A stretch of DNA of 64,000 nt from Candidatus Latescibacterota bacterium (GTDB taxonomy: Bacteria > Latescibacterota > UBA2968 > UBA8231): contig CBDCXV010000001.1 in NCBI GenBank assembly GCA_965223905.1, forward strand, positions 288,001-352,000. Direction: 5' to 3'. The position numbers and the translations under genes were made by a program. The notes under the pieces were generated by a model. That model saw only the letters and a list, made by a program, of their open reading frames with translations, did no database searches and had not been told where the DNA came from. This document shows, in pieces, positions 23,801 through 33,709 of the stretch. The stretch's first letter is position 1. Every line of letters begins with the position of its first letter.

Positions 23801-24646
23801 AAGATCTTTCGTGGTGCCGAAAAGCAGGCCGCAAAAACCAGCGCCGTCAGTCCGGGATTCGAGATTCTCGACGAAGAGCTGGTCCGAATTTCAGCGGACC
23901 CGGCAGCGGCTGCCAGCTATTTCGTCGCCACCGCGCTATGGGAGCAGAACCTTCGGGAACCGACCGAAGAGCGAGCCGCGCGCGCCTTGGAAGCGCAAGT
24001 CCAGTTCACTCGCAAGCACGGGGAATCGGCGTTCGGCGCCAGCGTCCACCTGCGCCTCGGTCACTACTACCGGGGAGTGCTCAAACAGTTGCTGCCTGCA
24101 GCCGGGGCCTTCCGCCGTGTCGTCGACGGCGCCGGTTCCGACGAAGAAAAGCAGGAAGCGTTCTGGTCGCTTCTGCTGTGTTACCGGGACTTGTTTGAAT
24201 GGGACGAAGCCCATCGCATCGCCAGACGCCTGTTGGAGCAGTATCCCGACCACCCGCGCGCGAATGCCGTGCACCTGGAAATCGGCTACATTCTCAAGGA
24301 GAGGGGACAGTACAGCGAGGCGATCGACTATCTGGAAGGTGTTCTCGAGTGGGCTCAGGGGGATGTCGCAGCCCAGGCCCGTTACTACATAGGCGAATCC
24401 TTCCAGAGGATGGGCCGTTATCGCGAAGCGATCGAACGCTACTACCGCGTCTCCTTTCACGGATCCGGCGTTTTCGCGGGCTGGATCAACTCCGCCGATT
24501 TCAAACGCGCACAGTGCCACGAAGAACTGGGCGAATTCGCGCAGGCGAACAGTATCTACGACCGCATCATCCGGCGCGAAGGCAGCGACAGTGAATACGG
24601 AAAGATTGCCCGGAAGGGACTCGAGCGCACGAGCAAGGTTCGCTGA
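20891..24646 (+). CDS. Large exported tetratricopeptide repeat protein
   Basis: Signal-like N-terminus; many TPR helices with YP/FP turns (YbgF/BamD-like repeats); exact start uncertain. Confidence 0.85.
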   Translation: MFFYNVVAFVRHLPLPGGFAGLCLVGSFFAMASAIGGESLEERSDDEFKLARNLFRDAGDYGTASQLFAEFIRNYPHHRNLPEARLLLARAYARSGRCEQAVPAYEQYLTEHPEHLGTAKARRERAVCWEQLGEFARAAEAHEEIQRLFPAGEFAAPALLDAAANYTKAQNLPGAVAAYDRLIEEYAGHRLASRARFNMARIAFASGQADRAQRLLDQITGSGRDAEAAKDAYLLTGRIQLFLGKPALAEQAYEALRKRYPRSDHGDSSWFDLGDFAIGKGQFDRAAEIFDQARKQVSDPGLRRRAELGAAESLRLRGRYRAALKRYRPLAEDSEAGDLVRASAQLGVAVCYGHTDRFAEGIALFLGIIQQPATPETAAFRAEAMKELAALYRRRGQLTRSATWFRNFLSNAEDQDGGAHAQVRLNLAQVLDAAGYSNDAIAQFQQLLHADAALAAQAQLGMARAYKHGGLPAFALREYLTFLERYPAHALAAEARRRVVYLREFTIIDRSGLDRALRQAWLEELGGAPRQAVRFHVANSLREYHDYPNAVRQLETYVADYAGQESTAEAHFFLADCLQRLARQRHLEGLDDDADSLRQAALQEFRTLAAGGDERWERLARFRLLDADLEEAGAVERARLLEERLVSFRQRESVDPELLAAAELKLADALRAPATESDHWRAALVAYQRAFAPGGEQTPRARFGAAVCRARLGETAVAVDSLEALLGDLSGSSLIPEVLFELGRTLMTESRIVEGVARFEELLLAFPAFPERREVQMALASAHFELGSYPAAISVLRQLQESDPQGEVGADIRRQLARAYERNGDDRAALELYERLLSAHPSAAYADSMRLAQARLLRGLDRLEEAIALFDELRRSANAAVASAASRAAGDLHFGSGSFDRAFAAYKAGQEIAVDGLRAVCLYKLGRVDAARKIADSVLDQVAKGDAWYWILTLESGRYYLRSHNFGKALKIFRGAEKQAAKTSAVSPGFEILDEELVRISADPAAAASYFVATALWEQNLREPTEERAARALEAQVQFTRKHGESAFGASVHLRLGHYYRGVLKQLLPAAGAFRRVVDGAGSDEEKQEAFWSLLLCYRDLFEWDEAHRIARRLLEQYPDHPRANAVHLEIGYILKERGQYSEAIDYLEGVLEWAQGDVAAQARYYIGESFQRMGRYREAIERYYRVSFHGSGVFAGWINSADFKRAQCHEELGEFAQANSIYDRIIRREGSDSEYGKIARKGLERTSKVR

Positions 24647-24815
24647 GAGGTTCCTGCATTCTACTTAATTGCCGACAGGCGAATCCAGAATCCATCCTGG
24701 CATGCACCGCCAATGCCCGAGGTCGCTGTGCAGGCAGACGCGGTGCGCTTCCCCGTAGGTCCTCCTTTGCGAAGAGATTTCCGCGAGCAGGTTCGCAGCC
24801 GGCGGCAGATTGATC

Positions 24816-26339
24816 ATGGCGGGAAAGAGCGAACGCATACTCCTTTTCACGCAGGACCCGCGGATGCGCGACGAAACGAGCACGGCACTCGACGCCCTGC
24901 AGGTGGTCGAGGTGCGCGAGGCCTCGGTATTGAGGAGGCTGCTCGATCGGGGCACCGATCTCGTGATCGTCGACCTCAACCTTCCCAGCCGGGCGCTCGC
25001 CGCGGCCGCGGCGTTGCTGAGCGACCGGCGCGAACTTCCCACCCTGATTCTGGCGACCGGATCCGCGGCCCAGTGGCACCGGATATCTCGGGGAAACCCG
25101 CTTGAAGAGGTCGTTCAGGCGCCGGTCTCACCCGAAGACCTTCGCGGCCGCGTGAAGGGCCTGCTGGAAAAAAGTCGCTTCCTGCACGATCGCCTCGTCG
25201 GTCGGTCGGAAGCGATCCGCGAGTTGCGCGATCGCATCCTGTTGATTGCCCCGACTCAGGTCACCGTTCTGGTGAGCGGCGAAAGCGGTGTCGGAAAGGA
25301 TGTAGTCGCCCAGGCCCTGCATCATTACAGCCCGCGCAGCAAACGCCCGTTCAAGGTGCTGAACTGCGGCGCCATTCCAGAGAACCTGTTGGAAAACGAG
25401 CTCTTCGGTCACGAAAAGGGAGCCTTCACCGATGCACGCACCCAGTACCGGGGCGTTTTTGAGCAGGCCGACAGCGGCACGGTTTTCCTCGACGAAACCG
25501 GCGAAATGGCATTGTCCGCCCAGGTGCGGCTGCTGCGCGTGCTCGAGGAACGGGAAATCACCCGTATTGGCGGCGATGCGGCCATCCCGGTCGACGTGCG
25601 CGTCATCGCTGCAAGCAACAAAGACCTGTCCCAGGCCGTGACCGTTGGAGAGTTCCGGCGCGATCTGTACCATCGGCTCAAAGTAGTCGAGCTGCACATT
25701 CCGCCGTTGCGCCAGCGCCGGGAGGACATTGCCCCTTTGATCGACCACTTCGTCCGCACTCACGGCCGAGATGCTCCTACACCTTTCGGCGGTTTTTCCG
25801 ACGCTGCCATCGAGCTGCTTACGGAATACGACTGGCCAGGGAATATTCGGGAGGTACGAAACCTCGTCGAGCGGCTGCTGTTTCTCGGACCTTCGGGTCA
25901 GGTGGAACCTGAAGACCTGCTTCCCCACTTGGAAACCCCTCCCTCCGGGATGCGGCAGCTGCCGGTGGCGACCAACAAAACTCCAGATCAGTCCGAGCGG
26001 GAATTGATTTACTTCGCTCTGCTCGACCTCAAACGCGAAGTGTCTGAGCTTCGACAGTTGGTCGACGAACGCCTGGGTACCCGGGCGCCACTTCCTCCGC
26101 GACCGATCTACCAGGTCGGTAAAGAAATCGAGGAAGAGACCGGGATGTACGGTCCCGAACTCGAGACCGCAGAGATCGGGTCGCTCCGGAACGGGGTGCG
26201 CCCGCTCAAGGAGCTGGAACGCGATGCGATCGAGCAAGCCCTCAAAAGGGTAAACGGCAATCGCAGGCAGGCCGCGGAAATGCTCGGAATCGGGTTGCGT
26301 ACCCTCTACCGAAAGCTCGTTGACTACCGGTTGAAATGA
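24816..26339 (+). CDS. Sigma54-dependent Fis-family transcriptional activator (bEBP)
   Basis: GESGVGKD, ELFGHEKGAFTDA, FRRDLYHRL, WPGNIREV, C-terminal HTH. Confidence 0.95.
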   Translation: MAGKSERILLFTQDPRMRDETSTALDALQVVEVREASVLRRLLDRGTDLVIVDLNLPSRALAAAAALLSDRRELPTLILATGSAAQWHRISRGNPLEEVVQAPVSPEDLRGRVKGLLEKSRFLHDRLVGRSEAIRELRDRILLIAPTQVTVLVSGESGVGKDVVAQALHHYSPRSKRPFKVLNCGAIPENLLENELFGHEKGAFTDARTQYRGVFEQADSGTVFLDETGEMALSAQVRLLRVLEEREITRIGGDAAIPVDVRVIAASNKDLSQAVTVGEFRRDLYHRLKVVELHIPPLRQRREDIAPLIDHFVRTHGRDAPTPFGGFSDAAIELLTEYDWPGNIREVRNLVERLLFLGPSGQVEPEDLLPHLETPPSGMRQLPVATNKTPDQSERELIYFALLDLKREVSELRQLVDERLGTRAPLPPRPIYQVGKEIEEETGMYGPELETAEIGSLRNGVRPLKELERDAIEQALKRVNGNRRQAAEMLGIGLRTLYRKLVDYRLK

Positions 26340-27769
26340 TCGCCCGCGCGCGCGCCTGCATCACGACCCTGGTGTTGTCGCTTGCCTCAGCCCCGGCCTC
26401 GGGACAAGACGACTCGGGAGTAGCTGCCAGGGCTCAACTCGAGAACCTGGGGGAGGCGTTTCGCACTGTTTATGAACGGGCATCGCCCGCTGTCGTGCTG
26501 ATCCGGACAACTCCCAGCACGGTGGCGATTCGCCGCCTGCTGCCCCCGTTCCACCCCGAAATCGAAAGAGATGATTTCAACTGGTTGGGCTCGGGTACGC
26601 TGGTCAGTTCAGACGGGTACGTTCTCAGCAACCACCACGTAATCAACCGCGCAGATTCGATCAGTGTCGTTCTGTCCGACCGGCGCGCCTTCCCTGCCAC
26701 CGTGGTCGGATCTGACTCCCTGATCGACATCGCTGTTTTGAAGATCGAGGCCGAAGGGCTACCGATGGTCCCTTTCGGTCGCTCGGACGACCTCCGCATT
26801 GGCGACTGGGTTTTGGCCATCGGCCATCCTCTGGGGCTCGGTTCGACCCTTACACACGGAATCGTATCCGCCCTGGGACGACGGGCCGAAGTCATTCGGG
26901 CGAACTACGCGATCGAGAGCTTCATCCAGACCAATGCCGTCATCAATCCCGGCAATTCCGGCGGACCTCTGCTCAACCTGGACGGCGAAGTCGTCGGCAT
27001 CAACACCGCAATCTCGACCCGCACCGGCTATTACATAGGATATGGGCTTGCGGTTCCCATCGACCTGGTACAGGAAGCCATGCGCGATATCCTCGAACAC
27101 GGCCGCACGGTGCACGGCTATATCGGCATCTCGATGCTGGATGTCGACCAGTCCCTGGTCGAGCACGCCGGTTTGCAGAGTACCGTTCCGCGTGGAGTCT
27201 TCATCAACAGCGTCGATCAGGACTCCCCCGCCGCGGCTGCCGGGTTGCTGCACGGCGATGTGGTGCTCGCGCTCGATGAACGCGAGGTAAACGTCAGCAA
27301 CGAAGTCCAGACCCTGATTTACGTCCGCGATCCCGGCGACCGCGTTTCTCTGACCATCGTGCGGGATGGGGATACCTTGTCCATCCCCGTGATTCTAGGG
27401 GAGCCTGAACGGGACCGCCTGCTTGCGGAAGGGAGGCGGCGACTGTCGCAGCTCGGCCTTGAGGTCGGACCGCTGTCCCCCGAGCGTGCAGAGCAACTCG
27501 GATTCACAAGCGAGGTTGCCGGTGAGATAGGGTTCCACAATGGCGACGAGGCTGTCGCGGTGCTCGAGATCGACGCCGACGGGCCAGCGGCCTCGAAGGG
27601 GATTCGGCAATTCGACATCATCACTGAAATCGACAGAGAACGGGTCGTCTCCGCCGAAAACCTGCTGGAAGTGATCTCGGTGCTGGAAGCGGAGAAATCG
27701 GCCCTGTTCTGGATCTGGCGGGCAGGACGAGGCATCGCCGTCCGCGCCTTGAAAATCCAGGGCAATTGA
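26336..27769 (+). CDS. DegP/HtrA (Do family) serine protease with two PDZ domains
   Basis: SNHHVI, DIAVLKI, INPGNSGGPL. Confidence 0.93.
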   Translation: MIARARACITTLVLSLASAPASGQDDSGVAARAQLENLGEAFRTVYERASPAVVLIRTTPSTVAIRRLLPPFHPEIERDDFNWLGSGTLVSSDGYVLSNHHVINRADSISVVLSDRRAFPATVVGSDSLIDIAVLKIEAEGLPMVPFGRSDDLRIGDWVLAIGHPLGLGSTLTHGIVSALGRRAEVIRANYAIESFIQTNAVINPGNSGGPLLNLDGEVVGINTAISTRTGYYIGYGLAVPIDLVQEAMRDILEHGRTVHGYIGISMLDVDQSLVEHAGLQSTVPRGVFINSVDQDSPAAAAGLLHGDVVLALDEREVNVSNEVQTLIYVRDPGDRVSLTIVRDGDTLSIPVILGEPERDRLLAEGRRRLSQLGLEVGPLSPERAEQLGFTSEVAGEIGFHNGDEAVAVLEIDADGPAASKGIRQFDIITEIDRERVVSAENLLEVISVLEAEKSALFWIWRAGRGIAVRALKIQGN

Positions 27770-28917
27770 TGAACGATTACAAAGGCGCCGACGGATTGCT
27801 GCTGATCGGGGCATCGGAACAAAACGCCGATCTGCACTACGCCAGCGGCTTCCTCGCCCCCGATCCTTTCACCTTTGTACAGTCGGCTAAGGCAAGCACG
27901 ATGCTGGTCAGCGAACTCGAGATCGACCGCGCCAAGGGGCAGGCCGCCGCCGGCCAGGTACTTTCCATTTCGCCTTTCCAGCACCGAGCCGCACAGCAAT
28001 CCCCTCCCCTGCCCGGGGCCCATCTGTACTACGGGGCCGTGGCGCTGGCGCTGGCCCAGATCGGCCTGAAACGGCTGCTCGTTCCCGCGGATTTTCCGGT
28101 TTCGGCCGCAGATTTTCTTCGCGCGGGCGGGTTTGAGCTTCAGGTCGCCGAGCCCCCGCTCTTTCCGCAAAGAGCCGTCAAGAGTCCTTCCGAACTGGAA
28201 GCGATTCAGTCCGCCCTGATGGCTGCCGAGGCCGGAATGGATGCCGCCATCGCAGCGCTCCAAGCCTCCTCAGTGGATGATGACGGTCTTCTGCGGTTGG
28301 AGGGTGAAACCCTTACTTCGGAAAGAATCCGCTACCTGATTCACCACCGGCTTCTCGAGCTGAACTGCGTCGCCGAGCACACCATTGTCGCCTGCGGGAC
28401 GGCCAACTGCGACCCTCACGAGGAGGGAAGCGGTCCGCTGCGCGCGCATCAGCCCATCGTGATCGACATCTTTCCGCGGTCGGCGGCGACGCGCTATTAC
28501 GGCGACATCACCCGCACGGTCGTCAAGGGACGTGCGAGTGATGCTCTGAAGCGGATGTACGAAACGGTTATACGCGCCCAGGAGCAGGCGGTTGCCCAGG
28601 TGCGCAACGGAGCCGACGGCGTTGCAATCCATCGCGGAATCCTCGAGCTGTTCGAGGAGGCCGGGTTTGCGACAGGGGAGCGGGATGGCCGCATGCAGGG
28701 CTTCTTTCACGGTACCGGCCATGGCCTTGGGCTCGAAATTCACGAGGCGCCGAGCATTTCCTCGCGCGGTGGCCCACTCCAAACCGGCCATGTCGTCACA
28801 GTGGAACCAGGGCTATACTACGCCGGCGTCGGCGGGGTGCGAATCGAGGATGTGGTGGCAGTTGCGGACGACGGCTGCAGGTTGCTTACCCGTTTTCCGA
28901 AGTTCCTCGAACTGTAG
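27766..28917 (+). CDS. Xaa-Pro aminopeptidase (M24B)
   Basis: GDITRT, HGTGHGLGLEIHEAP, VTVEPGLY, GVRIEDVV. Confidence 0.93.
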   Translation: MMNDYKGADGLLLIGASEQNADLHYASGFLAPDPFTFVQSAKASTMLVSELEIDRAKGQAAAGQVLSISPFQHRAAQQSPPLPGAHLYYGAVALALAQIGLKRLLVPADFPVSAADFLRAGGFELQVAEPPLFPQRAVKSPSELEAIQSALMAAEAGMDAAIAALQASSVDDDGLLRLEGETLTSERIRYLIHHRLLELNCVAEHTIVACGTANCDPHEEGSGPLRAHQPIVIDIFPRSAATRYYGDITRTVVKGRASDALKRMYETVIRAQEQAVAQVRNGADGVAIHRGILELFEEAGFATGERDGRMQGFFHGTGHGLGLEIHEAPSISSRGGPLQTGHVVTVEPGLYYAGVGGVRIEDVVAVADDGCRLLTRFPKFLEL

Positions 28918-29090
28918 CCTTCGCCCACGAACCCCAAAGGCCAGACTACCGGCGGCTGACGGCTGTTGTCGGAGAATCTGCCGGCAGGTGAGTGGCAGGG
29001 CGTTGATTTGCGAACCCGTACTCTATTGAGGAAGTTTTTTCAATTGGCTGAACGATCCGCAATCAGGCTGGCTTCCCCTTTTCCCTAAAA

Positions 29091-29540
29091 ATGCTGATGA
29101 AACGCTACAGGTTTGTAATCGGCTCCCTGGCCATCGCGGCTGGCCTCGTCTATCTGTTCTCTGCCGGGGTGCGCGAGTCGGCTGCCCATCACATGACCTT
29201 GTCGATGTTGGAGCACGCCGATGATGCGCAGCTCACCGGCCGCCGCATCCAACTCGGCGGCTGTACAGTGGTCAAAGGATCGATTGAATGGGACGAGTAC
29301 CGCCACCGGCCCGAATTTACCGTCGGCGATGGCGAGCGCACTCTGCAGGTCAGGTACTCGGGCAACTCCGTCCTCCCCGACACGTTTCAGGATGAGGCGC
29401 TGGTGGTAATGGAAGGCCGGTACCTGCCGCGGCAGCGCCTCTTCGATGCCGACTTCATCTTCGCCAAATGCCCTTCGAAATACGAAGGCCAGAGCTACGA
29501 GGGCCATGTCGAGGCAATGGGCGAAGCCCTCAAGCCTTAG
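29091..29540 (+). CDS. ccmE: Haem chaperone CcmE (CxxxY type)
   Basis: N-terminal TM, LPDTF, AKCPSKY. Confidence 0.92.
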   Translation: MLMKRYRFVIGSLAIAAGLVYLFSAGVRESAAHHMTLSMLEHADDAQLTGRRIQLGGCTVVKGSIEWDEYRHRPEFTVGDGERTLQVRYSGNSVLPDTFQDEALVVMEGRYLPRQRLFDADFIFAKCPSKYEGQSYEGHVEAMGEALKP

Positions 29541-29575
29541 GTCCAACCCACCCCGACAACATTTGAGTCCCTGAT

Positions 29576-31594
29576 ATGGTCGACGTCGGCTACTTTGCCC
29601 TGTGCCTGGCGTTGGTCGCCGCCGGGTACGCCGTGTTTGCCTCGATTTTCGGCGCCCGCAGAGATCAGGAAAAGCTTGTTCGCAGCGGGGAAAACGCCGC
29701 TTTTGCAGTGTTCGCCCTGCTCGGAATCGCCGTAATGGGTTTGTGGTACGCCATCCTCACCGGCGATTTCTCCGTCCAGTACGTAGCCGAAAACGCGAAC
29801 CGGGCGATGCCGACCCCCTACGTGATCGCTTCGTTGTGGGGAGGACAGAACGGCTCGGTGATGTTCTGGGGATGGATGGTCTCCATCTACATGGCGGCGG
29901 TGCTGCTAGTCAATCGTTCCCGCTATCGAGACCTGATGCCCTATGTCACCGCGGTTCTGTCGGGGTACTGTTTTTTCTTCATCCTGCTGAATCTGTACGC
30001 CGCCGACCCTTTCAGGCGATTGCCCTTTACGCCGGCTGACGGCAACGGCCTCAACCCGATTCTACAGCATCCCTACATGGCGATCCATCCACCCATGCTG
30101 TACGCCGGCATGGTCGGCATGGCGGTTCCGTTCGCCTTTGCGCTCGCCGCGTTGATGTCCGGACACCTGGACAGCAACTGGCTGCGAGCCATGCGCCGGT
30201 GGCTGCTCATCCCCTGGACGTTTTTGGGCGCCGGGCTCCTTCTGGGAGGAAAATGGGCCTACGTCGAACTTGGTTGGGGTGGCTACTGGGCCTGGGACCC
30301 GGTAGAAAACGCATCCTTGATGCCGTGGCTCGCTGCCACCGCGTTGCTGCACTCGATCATGATCCAGGAACGCAAGGGGATGCTCAAAGTCTGGAACATC
30401 ATCCTCGTCTTCTTTACATACGGCATGACAGTGTTCGGAACCTTCATCACCCGCAGCGGTCTGATCGACTCCGTTCACTCGTTTGCCCAGTCGAGCATCG
30501 GGAGCTACTTCGTCGTCTACCTGGTATTGCTGGCCGTTGGACCTACCGCGCTGCTTCTGTACCGGTTGCCGGCCTTGCGCCGCGACAGCCGCCTCGAATC
30601 TTTCGCCTCCCGCGAAACGGCCTTTCTCCTGAACAACTGGATCCTGCTCGGGATGCTGTTTGCAGTCTTGTGGGGAACCTTGTTCCCCGTGCTCTCCGAG
30701 GCGGTCACCGGCGACAAGATCACCGTCGGCGCCCCCTTCTTCAATCGGATCAACGTGCCCATTGGACTGGTGCTGTTGTTTCTCACCGGTGCCGGCCCGC
30801 TGTTTGCCTGGCGGCGAACCTCCTTCGAAAGCCTGAAACGCAATTTCGCCGCCCCGTTTGCCGGGGCCGCTGCCACGGCTGTCTGTGTGATTTTTCTGGG
30901 AGTGCGCGACCTGTACGCGACAATCTCGCTGTCATTGTGCGGTTTTGTATCCTGCTCGGTCGCCCTCGAGTTCTACCGCGGCGTAGTGTCGCGACGCCGC
31001 AGCACAGGCGATTCCGCTGTCGTCGCGCTGCTGCGTCTGTTGAGCAAGAGCAGACGCCGCTACGGGGGATATTTGGTGCATGTCGCCATGGTATTGCTGT
31101 TCGTAGGCTTCACTGGCAAGGCTTTTTCCACCGAAAAGGAGTTCGTTCTCGGTTATGGCGAGGAACAACAGATCGGCCGCTACTCGGTGACCTTCGAGTC
31201 CCTGGCACACCATGAAGATCCCCACAAGGCGATAATGGCTGCGGCCCTTTCTCTTCGTCGCGACGGAGATTTCCTTGCGACTCTGTTGCCCGAACGTCGC
31301 TTCTACCACCGCTCCGAGCAGAACACCACGGAGGTCGCCATCTGGTCTTCGCGGCTGGAAGACTTCTACCTGATTCTGGTGGGAACAGCCAGCGACAACA
31401 GCGCCAAGTTCCAGGTGTACATAAACCCTCTCGTCAACTGCGTCTGGGCCGGTGGTATTCTGTTCCTGCTCGGCTCTCTGTGGACCATGTGGCCATCGGC
31501 GCGCGAGCGCCGCCTGGCCGAGCTCGATCGGGAATCGACGCGCGGTACGGGATCGGCCACTGTCTTCCCGGAACCTGCGGGCATCGGCGGCTGA
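29576..31594 (+). CDS. ccmF: Cytochrome c haem lyase CcmF
   Basis: HPPMLY, WAYVELGWGGYWAWDPVENASLMPW, SVHSFA. Confidence 0.97.
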   Translation: MVDVGYFALCLALVAAGYAVFASIFGARRDQEKLVRSGENAAFAVFALLGIAVMGLWYAILTGDFSVQYVAENANRAMPTPYVIASLWGGQNGSVMFWGWMVSIYMAAVLLVNRSRYRDLMPYVTAVLSGYCFFFILLNLYAADPFRRLPFTPADGNGLNPILQHPYMAIHPPMLYAGMVGMAVPFAFALAALMSGHLDSNWLRAMRRWLLIPWTFLGAGLLLGGKWAYVELGWGGYWAWDPVENASLMPWLAATALLHSIMIQERKGMLKVWNIILVFFTYGMTVFGTFITRSGLIDSVHSFAQSSIGSYFVVYLVLLAVGPTALLLYRLPALRRDSRLESFASRETAFLLNNWILLGMLFAVLWGTLFPVLSEAVTGDKITVGAPFFNRINVPIGLVLLFLTGAGPLFAWRRTSFESLKRNFAAPFAGAAATAVCVIFLGVRDLYATISLSLCGFVSCSVALEFYRGVVSRRRSTGDSAVVALLRLLSKSRRRYGGYLVHVAMVLLFVGFTGKAFSTEKEFVLGYGEEQQIGRYSVTFESLAHHEDPHKAIMAAALSLRRDGDFLATLLPERRFYHRSEQNTTEVAIWSSRLEDFYLILVGTASDNSAKFQVYINPLVNCVWAGGILFLLGSLWTMWPSARERRLAELDRESTRGTGSATVFPEPAGIGG

Positions 31595-31600
31595 ATTCCC

Positions 31601-32107
31601 ATGATCCGCGCTGCCGCTGTTTTCGTCGGCGTCGCCCTGGCGACCTGGTTTCCCGCAACCAGTCACGCCGCAACAATAGGCCAGGATGAACGGCTCCCCA
31701 CCCCGGAGCAAATCAAGAAGGTGGCCGCCGATCTCGTCTGCTTGTGCGGAAGCTGCAACCGCGAATCCCTGGCAACCTGCGTCTGCACCGCCTTCGCCGT
31801 TCCGGAACGGGAGACAATTGGCCGCCAAATGGCCTCCGGAATGAGCGCCGAAGAGATCGTCGCCAGTTACGTCGAGCGTTTCGGCAATTCGGTCCTTGCC
31901 GAGCCTCCTCCAGGTGGAGCACGCTGGATCAGTCGACTGACGCCGGTCGGCGTTCTGTTTGCCGGAGTTCTCGCTGTTCTCGCGGTGTTGCACCAATGGC
32001 TTCGAAGAGATAGGTCGCAGGTCGAGGAAGCCCCTCCCCAGGATGGCGAGCGCTCAGAATATGAAACCCGGCTTCGGGAAGATCTGGCGCGCATGGACAG
32101 GGAGTAA
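31601..32107 (+). CDS. ccmH: Cytochrome c biogenesis protein CcmH
   Basis: LVCLCGSC..SLA, YVERFGNSVLAEPP, C-terminal TM. Confidence 0.85.
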   Translation: MIRAAAVFVGVALATWFPATSHAATIGQDERLPTPEQIKKVAADLVCLCGSCNRESLATCVCTAFAVPERETIGRQMASGMSAEEIVASYVERFGNSVLAEPPPGGARWISRLTPVGVLFAGVLAVLAVLHQWLRRDRSQVEEAPPQDGERSEYETRLREDLARMDRE

Positions 32108-32114
32108 CCCGAGC

Positions 32115-32561
32115 GTGGATATCGCGATTATCGCCACCTGCGTGGCACTGGCGCTGACGATCCTGGCATTCGTTGCAGTCCCATTGTTCGAAGCCACCTC
32201 CGGTTCGACGGCCCTGCGAACGAGTGGCCAGCGTCGATTGGCGTTGCACGAGCGCAAGGAGCAACTCTACGCTTCGATAAAGGAACTCGAATTCGATCAT
32301 TCCGTCGGCAAGCTGTCAGACGACGAATACCAGCGACAGCGGACAGCGCTGGAGAACCAGGCGGTCGGAATCCTGCGCAAGCTTGATCAGCTGAATGGGT
32401 ATCCCACCTCGGAGCAATGCATCGCACGCATTGAGCGTGACATCACCGAAATGCGCTCGCGGCAGGATCATCCCGGGGCTGCGGCTTTCTTCTGTACTGC
32501 TTGCGGTGCCCCGGGTGCGGAGAGCCATCGCTTCTGCTCCCAGTGCGGCGCTCCCCTGTGA
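32115..32561 (+). CDS. CcmI N-terminal-like membrane protein with C-terminal zinc ribbon
   Basis: TM then IKELEFDHSVGKLSDDEY; CTACG..FCSQCG. Confidence 0.75.
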   Translation: MDIAIIATCVALALTILAFVAVPLFEATSGSTALRTSGQRRLALHERKEQLYASIKELEFDHSVGKLSDDEYQRQRTALENQAVGILRKLDQLNGYPTSEQCIARIERDITEMRSRQDHPGAAAFFCTACGAPGAESHRFCSQCGAPL

Positions 32562-33697
32562 CTCCGGTTAAAGCGCTTGGCCGTATCTCCTTCCTCTATT
32601 TTGCACTGCATCTCACTCCGGTCTGCGGCGACACGATCGAGGCCTACGTCGTTCACGGCGAATCGGGCGAATCCCTGGGCGGCATCGAAGTCGCCTTTCT
32701 GGTCGACCGCGGTTCACCGGAGGAGATCCTGCGCAAGCGCACCGATAGAGGAGGTAGGATCTCCTTCTCCGGTCCCTTCCTGACCCGGGATCTGACCTTC
32801 ATACTCGTCCCTTTCTACCGCGGCATTCCCTACCCCACCGCGCGCTTGCAGGCCGGCACGCAGAAACAGATCGTTCTCGAGGTATTCGAACCGGACGGCG
32901 AGAGAGCCGATCTGAAAATCGACAACCACCGCATGGTTCTCACCGTCGGTTCGAAACAGATCGAAGTCGCCCAATTCGTCGAGATCGAAAACCAGGGACG
33001 CGGGACCTATGCGGGAAGCGGGGATGGGGAGGAACGGCGAGTCACCGAATTCCTGTTGCCTGCCGGCGCGTTCGGCTTGCGCTCCCTTTCCGGGGATCTG
33101 AAACCGGCAGGAGCCAACCGGTTCTTCGACACCCAACCTCTTCCCCCGGGACATTCCACAATCGCGTTTTCTTTCGAGCTCGATCGGACGACCGCAGGCT
33201 CGGCATACCGCCATCACTTCCCCTATCCGACGAAGCTCATCGAGCTGTATCTGTCCCCGGCGGCGGTTGACCTGCCGGCGCCATTCGTCGACCACGGCGA
33301 AGTCCGGATTCACGAGCGCGCATACCGCAGGTACCTGCTCCGACCCGAGGCCGGCGCCGCCAGGGTCGACATTCCGCTGGAGGCCCACAGTCCCATGGGC
33401 TGGATGATGAAATGGCTGGCCCTGGGGGGTGCGTTGGTGACAGCCCTGCTCGCAGCAGGAGTCAGCAGGGGGCTTCATGTCCCCGAGGAAACCGCGTCCT
33501 TGCGCCAGCAAGCAGCTAGGTCCGCGGGTATTGACCCTCAGGCAACCCGGGACGACCTCGAGCGCATACGCACTCAGCTCCTCACAAAGCTGGCTTCCTA
33601 TCCGCGTGGAGATCTCTCGAGGGAGGATCGCGCCCGCCGGGAGGATCTGATGCGCCGCGCCGAGGCTGTATATCAGCTTCTGGAAGGGGATGCCTGA
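32558..33697 (+). CDS. Conserved ccm-associated exported protein with C-terminal TM and helical tail
   Basis: Signal-like N-terminus, beta-rich domains, single TM near the C-terminus; start overlaps the upstream stop inside the ccm operon. Confidence 0.65.
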   Translation: MTPVKALGRISFLYFALHLTPVCGDTIEAYVVHGESGESLGGIEVAFLVDRGSPEEILRKRTDRGGRISFSGPFLTRDLTFILVPFYRGIPYPTARLQAGTQKQIVLEVFEPDGERADLKIDNHRMVLTVGSKQIEVAQFVEIENQGRGTYAGSGDGEERRVTEFLLPAGAFGLRSLSGDLKPAGANRFFDTQPLPPGHSTIAFSFELDRTTAGSAYRHHFPYPTKLIELYLSPAAVDLPAPFVDHGEVRIHERAYRRYLLRPEAGAARVDIPLEAHSPMGWMMKWLALGGALVTALLAAGVSRGLHVPEETASLRQQAARSAGIDPQATRDDLERIRTQLLTKLASYPRGDLSREDRARREDLMRRAEAVYQLLEGDA

Positions 33698-33709
33698 GGC
33701 AGGGAACTC

